Below are positions 37,774 to 48,626 of a stretch of DNA of 64,000 bases, piece by piece. This stretch comes from Minisyncoccota bacterium (GTDB lineage Bacteria > Patescibacteriota > Minisyncoccia > Phycocordibacterales > UBA918). The notes beneath the pieces were generated by a model, which was given only the letters and a program-made list of their open reading frames with translations, made no database searches and had not been told where the DNA came from. Both the position numbers and the translations under genes were made by a program. The DNA lies in contig JAWKSP010000002.1 of NCBI GenBank assembly GCA_041389025.1, forward strand, positions 105,279 through 169,278, written 5' to 3'. Numbering within the stretch: the stretch's first letter is position 1; every line of letters begins with the position of its first letter.

Positions 37774-38157
37774 TTACAGAGGTATACCTTGCGGACTTTC
37801 ATTTGATTCATATTCAACATCTTCAGACCATTTTAAGAAAAATCGACGATTATAAGCTCCTTTTTTAAGGTTATTGTCCTCTTTTACATTTCTAACTTCC
37901 TCCGGGGTTATTTCCAGCTGTTGCATAATAGTATTCAACACCATCATCAAGTCAGCATACTCACCTAAAAACTCCTTTTTTGTTCTTGCCATCGAAAGTG
38001 ATGTGGCCTCTTCTTTTATTTTTTTGAATAATTCTTGTTGATATTCCTGCATATCAGTCAATTGAACAACCTCGCAGTTTTTACGCTTAGCTTTTATCAT
38101 ATCAGGAATATTGTCACGAACTAATTTGTTGTAGTAGATACGAGTTACTTGAGACAT
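37774..38157 (-). CDS. MazG-like/HisE-like NTP pyrophosphohydrolase
   Basis: YNKLVRDNIPD, EE...EYADL. Confidence 0.8.
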   Translation of the reverse strand: MSQVTRIYYNKLVRDNIPDMIKAKRKNCEVVQLTDMQEYQQELFKKIKEEATSLSMARTKKEFLGEYADLMMVLNTIMQQLEITPEEVRNVKEDNNLKKGAYNRRFFLKWSEDVEYESNESPQGIPL

Positions 38158-38185
38158 AAAATAATCAAATATTTAATTTAATTAC

Positions 38186-38764
38186 TTAAAAAGAAACCTT
38201 TACCGGTTCGCGCTCTTCACTTCCTTCCTCCAACTCGAAGTACTGTTCTTCCTTGAAGTTAAAAGTTTTACCAACTATATTTGATGGAAATTGTTGTAAA
38301 GCTATCGCCAAATCACGTACATTTCCGTTATAGAAACGACGAGCAGCTTGAATTTTGTTTTCGGTATCGGTAAGCTCGGTTTGTAACTGTGAAAAGTTTT
38401 GATTTGCCTTTAAATCAGGATATGCTTCAGCCACCGCCAAAAGCTTTCCAAGTGATGCGGTTAACGCTGATTCAGCTCCAGCCATCGCAGTAATCTGCTC
38501 GGCGGTAATATTTGAAGGATCAACATGAACCTGAGTAGCCTTGGCTCTAGCTTGTGTAACTTCTTCAAATACTCCTCGCTCATGAGCAGCATAGCCTTTT
38601 ACAGTTTCTATGAGGTTTGGAATCAAATCATAACGACGCTTTAATTGAACATCGATATCCGCCCACGCTTCCTTGGTACGTTGTACCAGATTAACAAAGT
38701 TGTTGTATGCATAAATTACATACAAAATAATCACTGCAACTATTCCTAAAATTACCCAAGTCAT
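38186..38764 (-). CDS. lemA: LemA family protein
   Basis: DVQLKRRYDLIPNL, AEAYPDLKAN, ARRFYN. Confidence 0.95.
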   Translation of the reverse strand: MTWVILGIVAVIILYVIYAYNNFVNLVQRTKEAWADIDVQLKRRYDLIPNLIETVKGYAAHERGVFEEVTQARAKATQVHVDPSNITAEQITAMAGAESALTASLGKLLAVAEAYPDLKANQNFSQLQTELTDTENKIQAARRFYNGNVRDLAIALQQFPSNIVGKTFNFKEEQYFELEEGSEEREPVKVSF

Positions 38765-38819
38765 AAAAAATTAACTAAAGTTATAATAATTCACTTAAAT
38801 TATACCAAAAACTAAAAAA

Positions 38820-38862
38820 TAATAAACAAATAACCGCGGAAAACCGCGATTATTTGTTTATT
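38820..38862 (-). terminator. groEL terminator
   Basis: taataaacaaataaccgcgg...ccgcgattatttgtttatta. Confidence 0.65.
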
Positions 38863-38882
38863 AAATACTTAATAAAGAAATT

Positions 38883-40538
38883 TTAATACATACCTCCACC
38901 CATTCCGCCCATACCACCCATATCAGGCATACTAGGCTTTTCTGGTTCCGGCTCATCGGCTACCGCACACTCACTGGTCAAAAGTATCCCCGCTGCTGAA
39001 ACCGCATGTTGCACACCAGCTCTTTCCACCTTTACTGGGTCAATAATACCGGCTTTTATCATATCATCTATCATTTCGCCTTTAGCAGCATCAAATCCAG
39101 CGTTACCACCCGCCTCTTTAACTTTTTGTACAATTACGGCTCCGTCAATTTTACCGGTGTTGTCGGCAATTTGTTTTAATGGCATTTCGAGAGCTTTAAG
39201 TACGATACTATAACCAATTAATTCTTCTTTTGGTAAATCTTTCTTAGATAAAATATCTTTTTCTACTATAGCTGCTGCTCGAGCCAGTGAAGTACCACCA
39301 CCTGGCACAATTCCCTCTTCAATCGCCGCTTTAGTAGCGTTTACTGCGTCTTCTATTTTTAGCTTCAAATACTTCATTTCCGTCTCAGTGGCGGCTCCTA
39401 CTCTTATCACCGCTACTCCACCAGACAACTTGGCAATTCTTTCTTCTAATTTTTCTTTATCAAATTTAGATGAAGTGTTTTCTAGCTGTGATTTTAGAGC
39501 TTTTACTCGATCTTCAATCGCGCTTTTTTCACCGGCTCCCCCAACTATCACTGTATCCTCTTTACTGGAGACTATCCGATCAGCTTTTCCAAGTTGTGAT
39601 AATTCAGTGTTTTCTAGTTTTAAACCTAAATCTTCTGAAATAACCTGTCCACCGGTGGTCACAGCAATATCAGACAATATCTCCTTCTTGCGATCACCAT
39701 AGCCAGGAGCTTTTACAGCTAGAACAGAGAAACCACCCTTAAGTTTATTCACCACAAAAGTTGCTAAGGCCTCACCCTCTACATCATCAGCAATAATCAC
39801 TAATTCTTTTTTTCCAGTCTGAGCGATTTTTTCTAACAACGGTAATATTTCTTGAACTGAAGAAACTTTTTTGTCGGTAATAAGAATCTGAGCGTCCTTG
39901 TACTCAGCCTCCATTCGCTCCGGATTAGTAACCATATATGGAGAAACATACCCCTTATCAAACTGCATACCTTCAGTCAGCTCAGTTTCAATACCGAAAG
40001 ATTGCGATTCTTCTACCGTTACTACTCCATCTTTTCCTACTTTATCAATCGTTTCAGCGATTTTTTCACCCAACTCAGCACTTTCAGCTGAAATGGTGGC
40101 TACTTGTTTGATCTCATCAACTGAATTTATTTTAGTAGACATTCCTCGCAACGCCTCGACCACATCATTTGAAGCATGCTCCATACCGGCTTTTACCGCC
40201 ATAGAGTTGATACCCATAGTAGTTTGTTTTAAACCCTCGGTTACTAAAGCCTGAGTTAAAACTGTCGCGGTAGTAGTACCGTCACCGGCCAATTCATTGG
40301 TTTTATTAGCTACTTCTTTGATAATCTCAGCTCCCATATTCTCAAACTTATCTTTAAGAGAAATTTCTTTAGCTATAGATACACCATCGTTAGTAATAGT
40401 TGGTCCACCATACCCTTTATCCAAGACCACGTTACGTCCTCGTGGACCAAGAGTAACTTTTACTGCATTAGCTACAGTATCTACTCCTTTTTGTAGTTTT
40501 TTCTTTACTTCTTCACCATAAATTACTTCTTTTGCCAT
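38883..40538 (-). CDS. groL: Chaperonin GroEL
   Basis: [18 protein letters not shown] tail. Confidence 0.98.
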   Translation of the reverse strand: MAKEVIYGEEVKKKLQKGVDTVANAVKVTLGPRGRNVVLDKGYGGPTITNDGVSIAKEISLKDKFENMGAEIIKEVANKTNELAGDGTTTATVLTQALVTEGLKQTTMGINSMAVKAGMEHASNDVVEALRGMSTKINSVDEIKQVATISAESAELGEKIAETIDKVGKDGVVTVEESQSFGIETELTEGMQFDKGYVSPYMVTNPERMEAEYKDAQILITDKKVSSVQEILPLLEKIAQTGKKELVIIADDVEGEALATFVVNKLKGGFSVLAVKAPGYGDRKKEILSDIAVTTGGQVISEDLGLKLENTELSQLGKADRIVSSKEDTVIVGGAGEKSAIEDRVKALKSQLENTSSKFDKEKLEERIAKLSGGVAVIRVGAATETEMKYLKLKIEDAVNATKAAIEEGIVPGGGTSLARAAAIVEKDILSKKDLPKEELIGYSIVLKALEMPLKQIADNTGKIDGAVIVQKVKEAGGNAGFDAAKGEMIDDMIKAGIIDPVKVERAGVQHAVSAAGILLTSECAVADEPEPEKPSMPDMGGMGGMGGGMY

Positions 40539-40573
40539 ATCTTTATTTCTTCTTTACTACTTAATTAAATAAA

Positions 40574-40903
40574 TTAGCTAATAACAATACCTAAAATACT
40601 GCTTTCTCCAACAATAAAGTACTCATCATTTCCGAATTTTACTTCATCATAACCATACTTTGAAAACACCACCTTATCACCCACTTTAACATCCAAAGGA
40701 ATTCTTTTTTCTCCATCTTCATCCCATTTTCCAGCTCCTACTGCAATCACAATTCCTTGTTCTGGCTTTTCTTTCTTGGCGGTATCAGGAATAATAATGC
40801 CAGAAGGTGAGGTCGTACCAGCCTCTTCGTCGGTCAATGGCCGTACAATAATTCTGTCACCCAATGGTTTGATTGGACTTTCGGTATTTGTTTTCTCTGA
40901 CAT
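40574..40903 (-). CDS. groS: Co-chaperonin GroES
   Basis: PLGDRI, SGIIIPDTAKKEKP, VKVGDKV. Confidence 0.97.
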   Translation of the reverse strand: MSEKTNTESPIKPLGDRIIVRPLTDEEAGTTSPSGIIIPDTAKKEKPEQGIVIAVGAGKWDEDGEKRIPLDVKVGDKVVFSKYGYDEVKFGNDEYFIVGESSILGIVIS

Positions 40904-41152
40904 ATAAATAAATATTTTAGTTAATGATTTTTATAAAAATTAAATAATTTAAACAAATAATTGTAATAAAAACCTACAATTCTAAATTCAAAACCACGTC
41001 AAAATGTCGTCAATTACCTCCGTGGTGCTCGTATTATATTGGATATAATATTGATGTCAAAATATTTATAGAGGTATTCACAAAAGTTGTCTGAACCTAC
41101 AGTCGTTCAACAACCTTGCACTCAAACCACCTTTCTGCTACCATACTCACAC

Positions 41153-41392
41153 ATGGAAATCATACAGACAGTGCAGCCAGCGCTGCCATACGTTCAAATA
41201 ATTCTCTCCATCATTCTCATCGCCGGTATCTTGCTACAACAGCGAGGTTCTAGCTTAGGAGGTGCGTTTGGTGGTGACAACTTCAGCTCAGCTTTTCACA
41301 AGCGACGTGGAGCGGAATTATTTCTGTTTCACTTTACTATTGGCGTGGCTATCTTGTTTGTACTTGCTACTTTCTTGAATATTCTTGTCTAA
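41153..41392 (+). CDS. secG: Preprotein translocase subunit SecG
   Basis: ILLQQRGSSLGGAFGG...RRGAE; TTGCAC-17-TACCAT promoter before ATG 41153. Confidence 0.93.
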   Translation: MEIIQTVQPALPYVQIILSIILIAGILLQQRGSSLGGAFGGDNFSSAFHKRRGAELFLFHFTIGVAILFVLATFLNILV

Positions 41393-41508
41393 AAGAAGCA
41401 TTCCAGGTAATTTTTATTTTATTGCCTAAAAATTAGATTACAAACAGTTTTTAAGCCTGTTTATAATCTAATTTTTACAAAAGTTTATTCAAAACTACAT
41501 CCAAAATT

Positions 41509-43242
41509 ATGATTACGCGTAAAACACGCTTCTCAATTATTGATAAGTTACTTAATCTAATTGAAAAACAACGAGCCAGCGACCGTTTGGTTATGCGCCT
41601 TTTGTTTTTTACAATTATAATCTTTGGTATTTTGTTCGCTTTATCATTAAACGATAAATACAGTGTAATTATCCCTACCAGTGGTGGCTCACTAACAGAA
41701 GGAATTGTCGGTATCCCTCGTTTTGTTAATCCAGCTCTGGCCATCACCCGAGCCGATCAAGATGTTACTTCGCTTATTTATGAAGGACTACTAAGAATCG
41801 GTCAAAATGGTGAACTGGAGCCAGCTTTGGCTAAAAATGTTACAGTTTCTGAAAACGGTTTAATCTATGATATAGAACTAAGACAAGATATCTTTTTCCA
41901 TGACGGCACACCAATTACCGTTGAAGACGTTGTTTTTACTATTGATTTAATAAAAAATCCCGACTTAAAAAGCCCTTTACGTGGTAACTGGACAGATACA
42001 GTAATCGAGCCTATTAACGACAATGAGTTGAAAATAATTTTAAAGGAACCTTACTCTCCTTTTATTGAGAACCTGACTGTTGGTATTATGCCCAGTCATG
42101 TTTGGGGTGATTTATTGATAGAACAGCTCCCTTTCAGCCAATATAATACTGAACCAATTGGTTCCGGCCCTTTTGCGATTACTAGTATCTCTCGAGACGA
42201 ATCAGGTTTGATAAAAACTTATACCTTGAAACCAAACCAATACAGTGACACTAAAGCTAACTTAAATGAAATCAAGCTCCGCTTCTTCCAAAATGAAAAA
42301 TCATTAAGTTCCGCTCTGCAAAACAATGAAATAACCAGCACCGTTTACCTACCAACCAGTGAATTAGCGAAACTTGAACCAGACAAATTTCAGGTTATTT
42401 CAAGACCTTTACCAAGAATATTCGGCATATTTTTTAACCAAAACCGCTCAACCGCTTTAAGAGACAAAGCTGCCAGAGAAGCCCTAAACTTAACAATAGA
42501 TAGACAACTGATTATTGCAGAAACCTTAGATGGTTATGGTGTACCCACCTTAAGACCTGTCTTATTTAAAGAAAATACGTTAGAATCTAACGACACTGAT
42601 CTGACAAACTCCTCCTCCACCTTAGAACAAGCCACAGAAGTGCTTAAAGCCGGCGGTTGGAATAAAAATGACTCTGGTGTTTGGGAGAAAGAGATTGACA
42701 AATCCGTTGAAACCTTAAGTGTTACCATAAAAACCAGTAATTCTGAGCTATTTAACAAAACAGCCAATTTAATAGCTAAAAACTGGCGTGAACTAGGAGT
42801 AGAAGTACAAGTAGAACAGTATGAACAAGCCGGTTTAGTACAGTCGGTTATAAGATCAAGAGACTTCCAAGCTTTACTCTTTGGTGTTGATATGAACCGA
42901 ACTCAAGACCTATATCCATTTTGGCACTCATCACAAAAAGACGATCCAGGGCTTAATGTCTCACAATATACCAATGTATCTGTTGACGACTTACTGGAAA
43001 AAATCAGAACGACCACCGACGCTTTTGAACGCCAAGAAATAATGCTAGAGGTAAATGACACCATAACCAAAGAAGTACCAGCCATATTCTTGTTTGCTCC
43101 GGAGGTTAATTATGTAGTCAGTAAAGATATTAATATAGACATGATTGACAACTTAGGAAAACCTTCAGACCGCTTTACTAATATAGCTAAATGGCACGCA
43201 AAAACTGAAACTCTTTGGCCTATTTTTCATAATAATGAATAG
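41509..43242 (+). CDS. Family 5 (OppA/DppA-like) solute-binding protein, TM-anchored
   Basis: LIYEGLL, FHDGTPIT.EDVVFT, PIGSGPF. Confidence 0.9.
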   Translation: MITRKTRFSIIDKLLNLIEKQRASDRLVMRLLFFTIIIFGILFALSLNDKYSVIIPTSGGSLTEGIVGIPRFVNPALAITRADQDVTSLIYEGLLRIGQNGELEPALAKNVTVSENGLIYDIELRQDIFFHDGTPITVEDVVFTIDLIKNPDLKSPLRGNWTDTVIEPINDNELKIILKEPYSPFIENLTVGIMPSHVWGDLLIEQLPFSQYNTEPIGSGPFAITSISRDESGLIKTYTLKPNQYSDTKANLNEIKLRFFQNEKSLSSALQNNEITSTVYLPTSELAKLEPDKFQVISRPLPRIFGIFFNQNRSTALRDKAAREALNLTIDRQLIIAETLDGYGVPTLRPVLFKENTLESNDTDLTNSSSTLEQATEVLKAGGWNKNDSGVWEKEIDKSVETLSVTIKTSNSELFNKTANLIAKNWRELGVEVQVEQYEQAGLVQSVIRSRDFQALLFGVDMNRTQDLYPFWHSSQKDDPGLNVSQYTNVSVDDLLEKIRTTTDAFERQEIMLEVNDTITKEVPAIFLFAPEVNYVVSKDINIDMIDNLGKPSDRFTNIAKWHAKTETLWPIFHNNE

Positions 43243-43276
43243 ATAAGAAAATAAGAATTAAGAAATAAATTGATTT

Positions 43277-45214
43277 ATGAACAAAAAAGAACAAAACAAC
43301 ACATATAGAAGAACTAACACTAGAACCAGCAATTATAAAAGACCACAATCACCAACCAGAAAAACCGGTACTAGCACTGGTACTACCGGAACACACAGAA
43401 CGACAGCCAGAAAAACCGCCACCAAAGGTGGTAGAACTAAACGTCATCAACAGAGACGACGGTCTACTTCTGCACCAGCTTTGACTCACCGACTAAATAT
43501 AACCACCGAAAAACATCCAACTCTTCCAGAAATTACCGATGAAGACACAGTGAGAATTATTCCAGTTTCAGGCGTAGAAGAAATTGGACGAAACATGAAT
43601 ATCATTGAAACAAAAGACGACATTATTGTTATAGATGCCGGTTTTCAGTTTGTCTCAGAAGAAAGTAACGCACCAGGAATTAATTATATCCTACCAAATA
43701 CTCAGTATCTGGAGGAACGAAAACACAAAATCCGTGCTCTTGTAGTTACACATGGTCACTTAGACCATATTGGTGGCATTCCATTTGTTATGGAACGTAT
43801 CGGTAACCCACCGATTTACACTCAATACTTAACCTCACTCATGATACTTAAGCGTCAAGAGGAGTTTCCACACATGGAAAAAGTTAATATAAATGTAATC
43901 AACGAAGGTGAAAGTTTTACTGTTGGTAAAACTAAAATTAAAACCTTTCGGGTTACTCACTCTATACCTGACGCAATGGGTGTGTGTGTAGAAACTAAAC
44001 ACGGTGATGTAGTAGTGACTGGTGATATCAAGTTGGTACACGAAAACGGCCAAGTGGTGGTGGAAGAGCGATCTTCATGGGAAAAGATTGGTCAAAACAA
44101 TAATCTAGCCTTACTTTGTGACTCAACCAACGCTGACCGCGAAGGGTTTTCGGCTTCTGAAAGTAAGGTATACGAAACTTTGGAGAATATTATAAAAAGT
44201 GCTACTGGTAGACTAATTATTGGCACCTTTGCTTCCCAATTTGATCGCTTAACCAATATTATTAAAACTTGTGAAGAAACTGGTAAGAAGGTGGTCCTTG
44301 AGGGACGTAGTATTAAAACCAATGTTGATATTGCTATTACCGCTGAATTAATGAAGATTAAGCCAGGCACGATAATCAACGCCAACGACATGGATCAATA
44401 TCCAAATGATAAAATAGTTATTTTATCCACCGGTGCACAAGGAGAAGAATTTGCTGCTCTTATGCGCATGGCTACTGATAAGCATAAATTTGTTACCTTA
44501 AATGAGCGTGATACTATCGTTTTATCTTCTTCAGTTATTCCAGGTAATGAAATTGCTGTACAGAAACTAAAAGACAATATTTACCGCAAAAATGTTAAAG
44601 TGGTTAACTATAAAGGCTCACATGTTCACTCTTCTGGGCACGGTAACTCAGGAGAACTGGTTTGGATACACCAGACCTTAAAACCAAAGTATTTAATACC
44701 AGTGCACGGACACCACTTCCACTTAAAAAGCCAAATGTATGCAGCTATAGAAAATGGTTTTCCAAAACAAAACATAGTAGTGCCAGACAACGGTTCAATT
44801 ATAGATATCAAAAACGGTGAAGAAATAATTAAACATTCAGTCAAAATACCTACCGAGCTCTTGATGGTGGATGGTTTTACTGTTGGCACAAAACAAGAAG
44901 TTGTACTTAGAGACCGTATGTCTTTGGCTCAGGATGGTATGTTTGTGGTAATCGCTACTGTTAATAGTAAAACTGGACGGTTACGAAAATCACCAGATAT
45001 TATCTCTAGAGGCTTTGTTTACCTACGTGAAAATCAACAACTACTTTCTGAGGCTCGCGTCCTAATTAAACGCACCGTTGAAAAAACTACTGAACGAATG
45101 AATCCAATTGATCTTGATTACGTAAAAGAAGAACTGACCGATGTACTTAGTGGTTTTTTAATGCAAAAAACTCATAAAACACCAATGGTAATACCGGTAT
45201 TAATTGGAGTTTAA
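43277..45214 (+). CDS. rnj: Ribonuclease J
   Basis: EEIGRNM, THGHLDHIG, HSSGH, PVHG. Confidence 0.95.
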   Translation: MNKKEQNNTYRRTNTRTSNYKRPQSPTRKTGTSTGTTGTHRTTARKTATKGGRTKRHQQRRRSTSAPALTHRLNITTEKHPTLPEITDEDTVRIIPVSGVEEIGRNMNIIETKDDIIVIDAGFQFVSEESNAPGINYILPNTQYLEERKHKIRALVVTHGHLDHIGGIPFVMERIGNPPIYTQYLTSLMILKRQEEFPHMEKVNINVINEGESFTVGKTKIKTFRVTHSIPDAMGVCVETKHGDVVVTGDIKLVHENGQVVVEERSSWEKIGQNNNLALLCDSTNADREGFSASESKVYETLENIIKSATGRLIIGTFASQFDRLTNIIKTCEETGKKVVLEGRSIKTNVDIAITAELMKIKPGTIINANDMDQYPNDKIVILSTGAQGEEFAALMRMATDKHKFVTLNERDTIVLSSSVIPGNEIAVQKLKDNIYRKNVKVVNYKGSHVHSSGHGNSGELVWIHQTLKPKYLIPVHGHHFHLKSQMYAAIENGFPKQNIVVPDNGSIIDIKNGEEIIKHSVKIPTELLMVDGFTVGTKQEVVLRDRMSLAQDGMFVVIATVNSKTGRLRKSPDIISRGFVYLRENQQLLSEARVLIKRTVEKTTERMNPIDLDYVKEELTDVLSGFLMQKTHKTPMVIPVLIGV

Positions 45215-45230
45215 TCTAAAGTTTTACGGA

Positions 45231-45285
45231 CCAAACAATGTAAAAGGCGGCAAAGCAAAGCTTTGCCGCCTTTTACATTGTTTGG
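45231..45285. terminator. Perfect 26-bp hairpin
   Basis: ccaaacaatgtaaaaggcggcaaagc-aaa-gctttgccgccttttacattgtttgg. Confidence 0.75.
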
Positions 45286-45361
45286 CTACCTCAATCTCTT
45301 GATTTATTTACACACCCAAACCACCAAAATTAGCTATAATTTAGTACACTACATATAATCT

Positions 45362-46561
45362 ATGGACTTTTACCGACACCTACTTTTAACTGACGGCCCT
45401 GAAAAAACTATAAGCTTTTTTCAGATTTATTTAATTTCAACCATCTTTTCTTTTCAAACTCTTCTTACCGCCTATATCGGCTCATCCTACATGGAAAGAT
45501 TTGTTGACGAAGAATCAGTCGGCACAATTTTTGCCATCGGATCACTAGGAGCGATCTCTTTTATTTACTTTTCTTCAAGAATTCTTAGATCCGTTGGTAA
45601 CGTTCGTTATGTAATTGCCACCATGGTTACCATCGCTTCTCTTCTAATCATCATCGGTTTAGCCCCTACTCCAGCCATAGCCGTTGTCGCTTTTACTTTA
45701 TTTTTAATGATAAATCCACAGATTTATTTAGCTATTGATATATTTTTAGAAACCTTAATTGGTGACGATGAAGCATCAACCGGTAGCAAACGAGGTCTAA
45801 TACTAACTTTTATGGGAGTAGCAGCTTTTTTGGCTCCACTGACCATGGGTTATTTAATTGGTGAAACTGATAACATGCCTTTGGTATTTTTTACCGCAGC
45901 CGGAATTGGTCTTATTTTTAGCTTAATTGTACTTGTAGGCTTTAGAGGTTTTAAAGATCCTCAGTATCGCACGGTTAAGTTGAAAGACATGTTACTTAGC
46001 TTATCAGGTAATACCAGTATAAAAATAGTTCTTTATTGTCAATTTTTACTTCAATTATTCTTTACTTGGATGGTGATTTACTTTCCTTTATATTTAGCTA
46101 CAGAAGTTGGAATGGATTGGGATTCTATCGGTAAAATTATCGCCGCCGGATTATTTGCTTATGTTATTTTTGAATATCCAACCGGTCGCTTAGCAGACCA
46201 GAAACTCGGTGAAAAAGAATTAATGGCTCTCGGTCTGGTTATTTTAGCTATTAGTTCTTCTTTTATTTCTTTTCTTGAAGGAGTCACCATTACAACTTGG
46301 ATGATGCTTATATTTGTAAGCCGTATTGGCGCTAGCATGCTCGAAATTACTACTGAAAGTTATTTTTTCAAACAAGTAAAAGGTGGTGACCCTTCGCTTA
46401 TTAGTCTTTTTAGACTAACTAGACCAATCGCTAACTTACTCGGAGCCTTGATTGGTAGCTTCACTTTATTATTTTTACCTTTTAACCTCATTTTTGTCGT
46501 TCTAGGACTCATCCTAGTAACCGGTGCTTTTGCTACTATAAAACTTGTAGATACAAAGTAA
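45362..46561 (+). CDS. MFS transporter
   Basis: About 12 TM; GRLADQKLGEK motif A. Confidence 0.85.
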   Translation: MDFYRHLLLTDGPEKTISFFQIYLISTIFSFQTLLTAYIGSSYMERFVDEESVGTIFAIGSLGAISFIYFSSRILRSVGNVRYVIATMVTIASLLIIIGLAPTPAIAVVAFTLFLMINPQIYLAIDIFLETLIGDDEASTGSKRGLILTFMGVAAFLAPLTMGYLIGETDNMPLVFFTAAGIGLIFSLIVLVGFRGFKDPQYRTVKLKDMLLSLSGNTSIKIVLYCQFLLQLFFTWMVIYFPLYLATEVGMDWDSIGKIIAAGLFAYVIFEYPTGRLADQKLGEKELMALGLVILAISSSFISFLEGVTITTWMMLIFVSRIGASMLEITTESYFFKQVKGGDPSLISLFRLTRPIANLLGALIGSFTLLFLPFNLIFVVLGLILVTGAFATIKLVDTK

Positions 46562-46566
46562 AAAAT

Positions 46567-47520
46567 ATGCAATCAAAAAAATATATTTTGTTATTTTTTA
46601 TTTTTCTTACGCTGTTGTTTTTTGTTATTTTTATCACCCAAAATAAAACTAATCAAAATATCTTCTCAATAAAAACCAACCCAATACCACATCTTCACGC
46701 TCATAACCATGCTCACGGAGATTCATTAACCCAAAGTACTCATCATGAATTTTCAAAATCAAATGAAATAGAAACGGAAAAAGATCTATGGATTAAAGCC
46801 ATAAATTTTGACATCGTAAACGCTGACGACACTGTTTTACACCACATGGTTTTAGGTCGATTAGATATGAAAAACCAAATCTGCAACCGTTACAAACCAT
46901 TGTTAATTATGGGTGAAGACCAAATGCACCAACCAAACATATCCTTTCCCACAGGTTATGCGATTCACATACCCAAAGGCACACCACTAATGGCTGATAC
47001 TATGCTACACAATCCAAACCCACCGATTGGTTATGGTAGGGAATACTACAACGTATCTAGTAAAATTAATTTTACTTTAGCTAATGAAAAAGAAATAAAC
47101 AACTTAAAACCAGTCGATTTTATACAACTATATATTGCCAATAAAAATGATCCTTGCGACTACACCTTTACTGTTCCAGCCAACACCGCTAATTTCACAG
47201 CTGGATTCAAAAATGAGACAAATTATTTTACCAGCTACCAATTCCCTACTGATGGAAAAATCATTTACATGGGTGCTCATGTGCACGGCTGGGAAGGCGG
47301 ACAATCACTTGAGGTTTACTTAAACGAAGAGCTAATTAAAAGTTATCGAACTGAGAAATCAAAAGCTGAATATGGTTATAACACTCCACACGGACAAGAA
47401 AACATTCCTGTTAAGTTTGGTGACACCATTTCCATAATATCCACCTATAATAATCCTTATCCGGAAGAAATTGTTGGTGCAATGGGTATGCTCGGCATCT
47501 ATTTTTCACCCGATAAATAA
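46567..47520 (+). CDS. Copper type II monooxygenase-like (PHM/DBH-like) membrane-anchored protein
   Basis: LHHM...MLH and GAHVH...GAMG copper-ligand-like pattern; His-rich linker. Confidence 0.55.
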   Translation: MQSKKYILLFFIFLTLLFFVIFITQNKTNQNIFSIKTNPIPHLHAHNHAHGDSLTQSTHHEFSKSNEIETEKDLWIKAINFDIVNADDTVLHHMVLGRLDMKNQICNRYKPLLIMGEDQMHQPNISFPTGYAIHIPKGTPLMADTMLHNPNPPIGYGREYYNVSSKINFTLANEKEINNLKPVDFIQLYIANKNDPCDYTFTVPANTANFTAGFKNETNYFTSYQFPTDGKIIYMGAHVHGWEGGQSLEVYLNEELIKSYRTEKSKAEYGYNTPHGQENIPVKFGDTISIISTYNNPYPEEIVGAMGMLGIYFSPDK

Positions 47521-47543
47521 AATTTAATAAATATAAAAAAATA

Positions 47544-48230
47544 CTATAGATGATAAATAACGTCTTTACTTTCCACCACCACTTCCCATTTCATACGGTT
47601 AGCGTGCTTATACAAGGTCTCGTTTGGATTAAAACAAATAGGATAAGTAACCATCTCCAATATCGGTATATCAGACTCCGTATCACCCACTGCTAAAGAT
47701 TCTTTTTTTGATAAATTAGGATTTTGATCAAATACCCTTTTTACAATATTAGCTTTATTGTTAAGTAAATGACCGTTTGTGACCACGCCGGTAAAACGGT
47801 CTTGTGGACCAATATCATAAAGTCTGCCGTATACTTTATCAAAGCCATAATCCGCACAAAAATCATCAAGTATAGTCTTGGGTGAATGAGAAATCGCCAC
47901 CAAGTAATATCCTTCGTCTTTTAAATTGCCGATTAAATCTCTAGTGTAACGATAAACTCGCCGATGCTGCTTAGCCACTACTAAACGACCAATATCTGCT
48001 AATTCGCCATAATGAACCCCTTTTATGTAACGCACAAAAGTTTTAACTACTGTATCAACATAATCTTCATACTCACCTTCTCGGTTCCACCAATCTTCAT
48101 ACTCATTACGAAATTCATCAACCGCTTCTTGAGGGAAAATTTTTTCTCTTATTAGAGCTTGTACTAATTCGATTAAAAGACTAGATCGAAAAACTGTTCC
48201 GTCAATATCAAAAAAAGCCACTTTTTTCAT
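47544..48230 (-). CDS. HAD-IB family phosphatase
   Basis: FFDIDGT, ISHS, GDTESD. Confidence 0.9.
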   Translation of the reverse strand: MKKVAFFDIDGTVFRSSLLIELVQALIREKIFPQEAVDEFRNEYEDWWNREGEYEDYVDTVVKTFVRYIKGVHYGELADIGRLVVAKQHRRVYRYTRDLIGNLKDEGYYLVAISHSPKTILDDFCADYGFDKVYGRLYDIGPQDRFTGVVTNGHLLNNKANIVKRVFDQNPNLSKKESLAVGDTESDIPILEMVTYPICFNPNETLYKHANRMKWEVVVESKDVIYHL

Positions 48231-48307
48231 ACATAGATGATAACACAAGAAATAAAATGTTGATAAAAAGTAAATTTATTTTAGTAAATTTTGTTAAAAT
48301 CAAAATA

Positions 48308-48577
48308 ATGGAGAGAAAAACCAAAAATCAAGAATCGGCTTCTGCTACAAGTATCGTAAATAACGAAGTAATACACGAAACACCAAACCTAGACACTCAC
48401 AACTACAAAGGTTGGTTAAATTCTGACCATTTCTGGAAACGATCTTTAGGAATATTTTTATACTATTCAGTTTCTTCGTTTGTTATTAGTGCTATAATAA
48501 TTTTTATTATAATCATTATTATGCTTGGTATAGGTTACCCTTTACCAATTATTATAAATAAAATATTAACTGCCTAA
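48308..48577 (+). CDS. Small hypothetical membrane protein
   Basis: GWLNSDHFWKR then TM; likely start 48308. Confidence 0.6.
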   Translation: MERKTKNQESASATSIVNNEVIHETPNLDTHNYKGWLNSDHFWKRSLGIFLYYSVSSFVISAIIIFIIIIIMLGIGYPLPIIINKILTA

Positions 48578-48626
48578 ATTATCTTTTTGGCACTACTTTC
48601 ATTTATACCCCATCAAAACATGTCGA

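Noticed and set aside
41115-41141. CIRCE-like element (cTTGCACTC-N9-ttcTGCTAc) upstream of groES
   Set aside because: Right arm matches only 5 of 9 and the sequence is explained by the secG -35/-10 promoter
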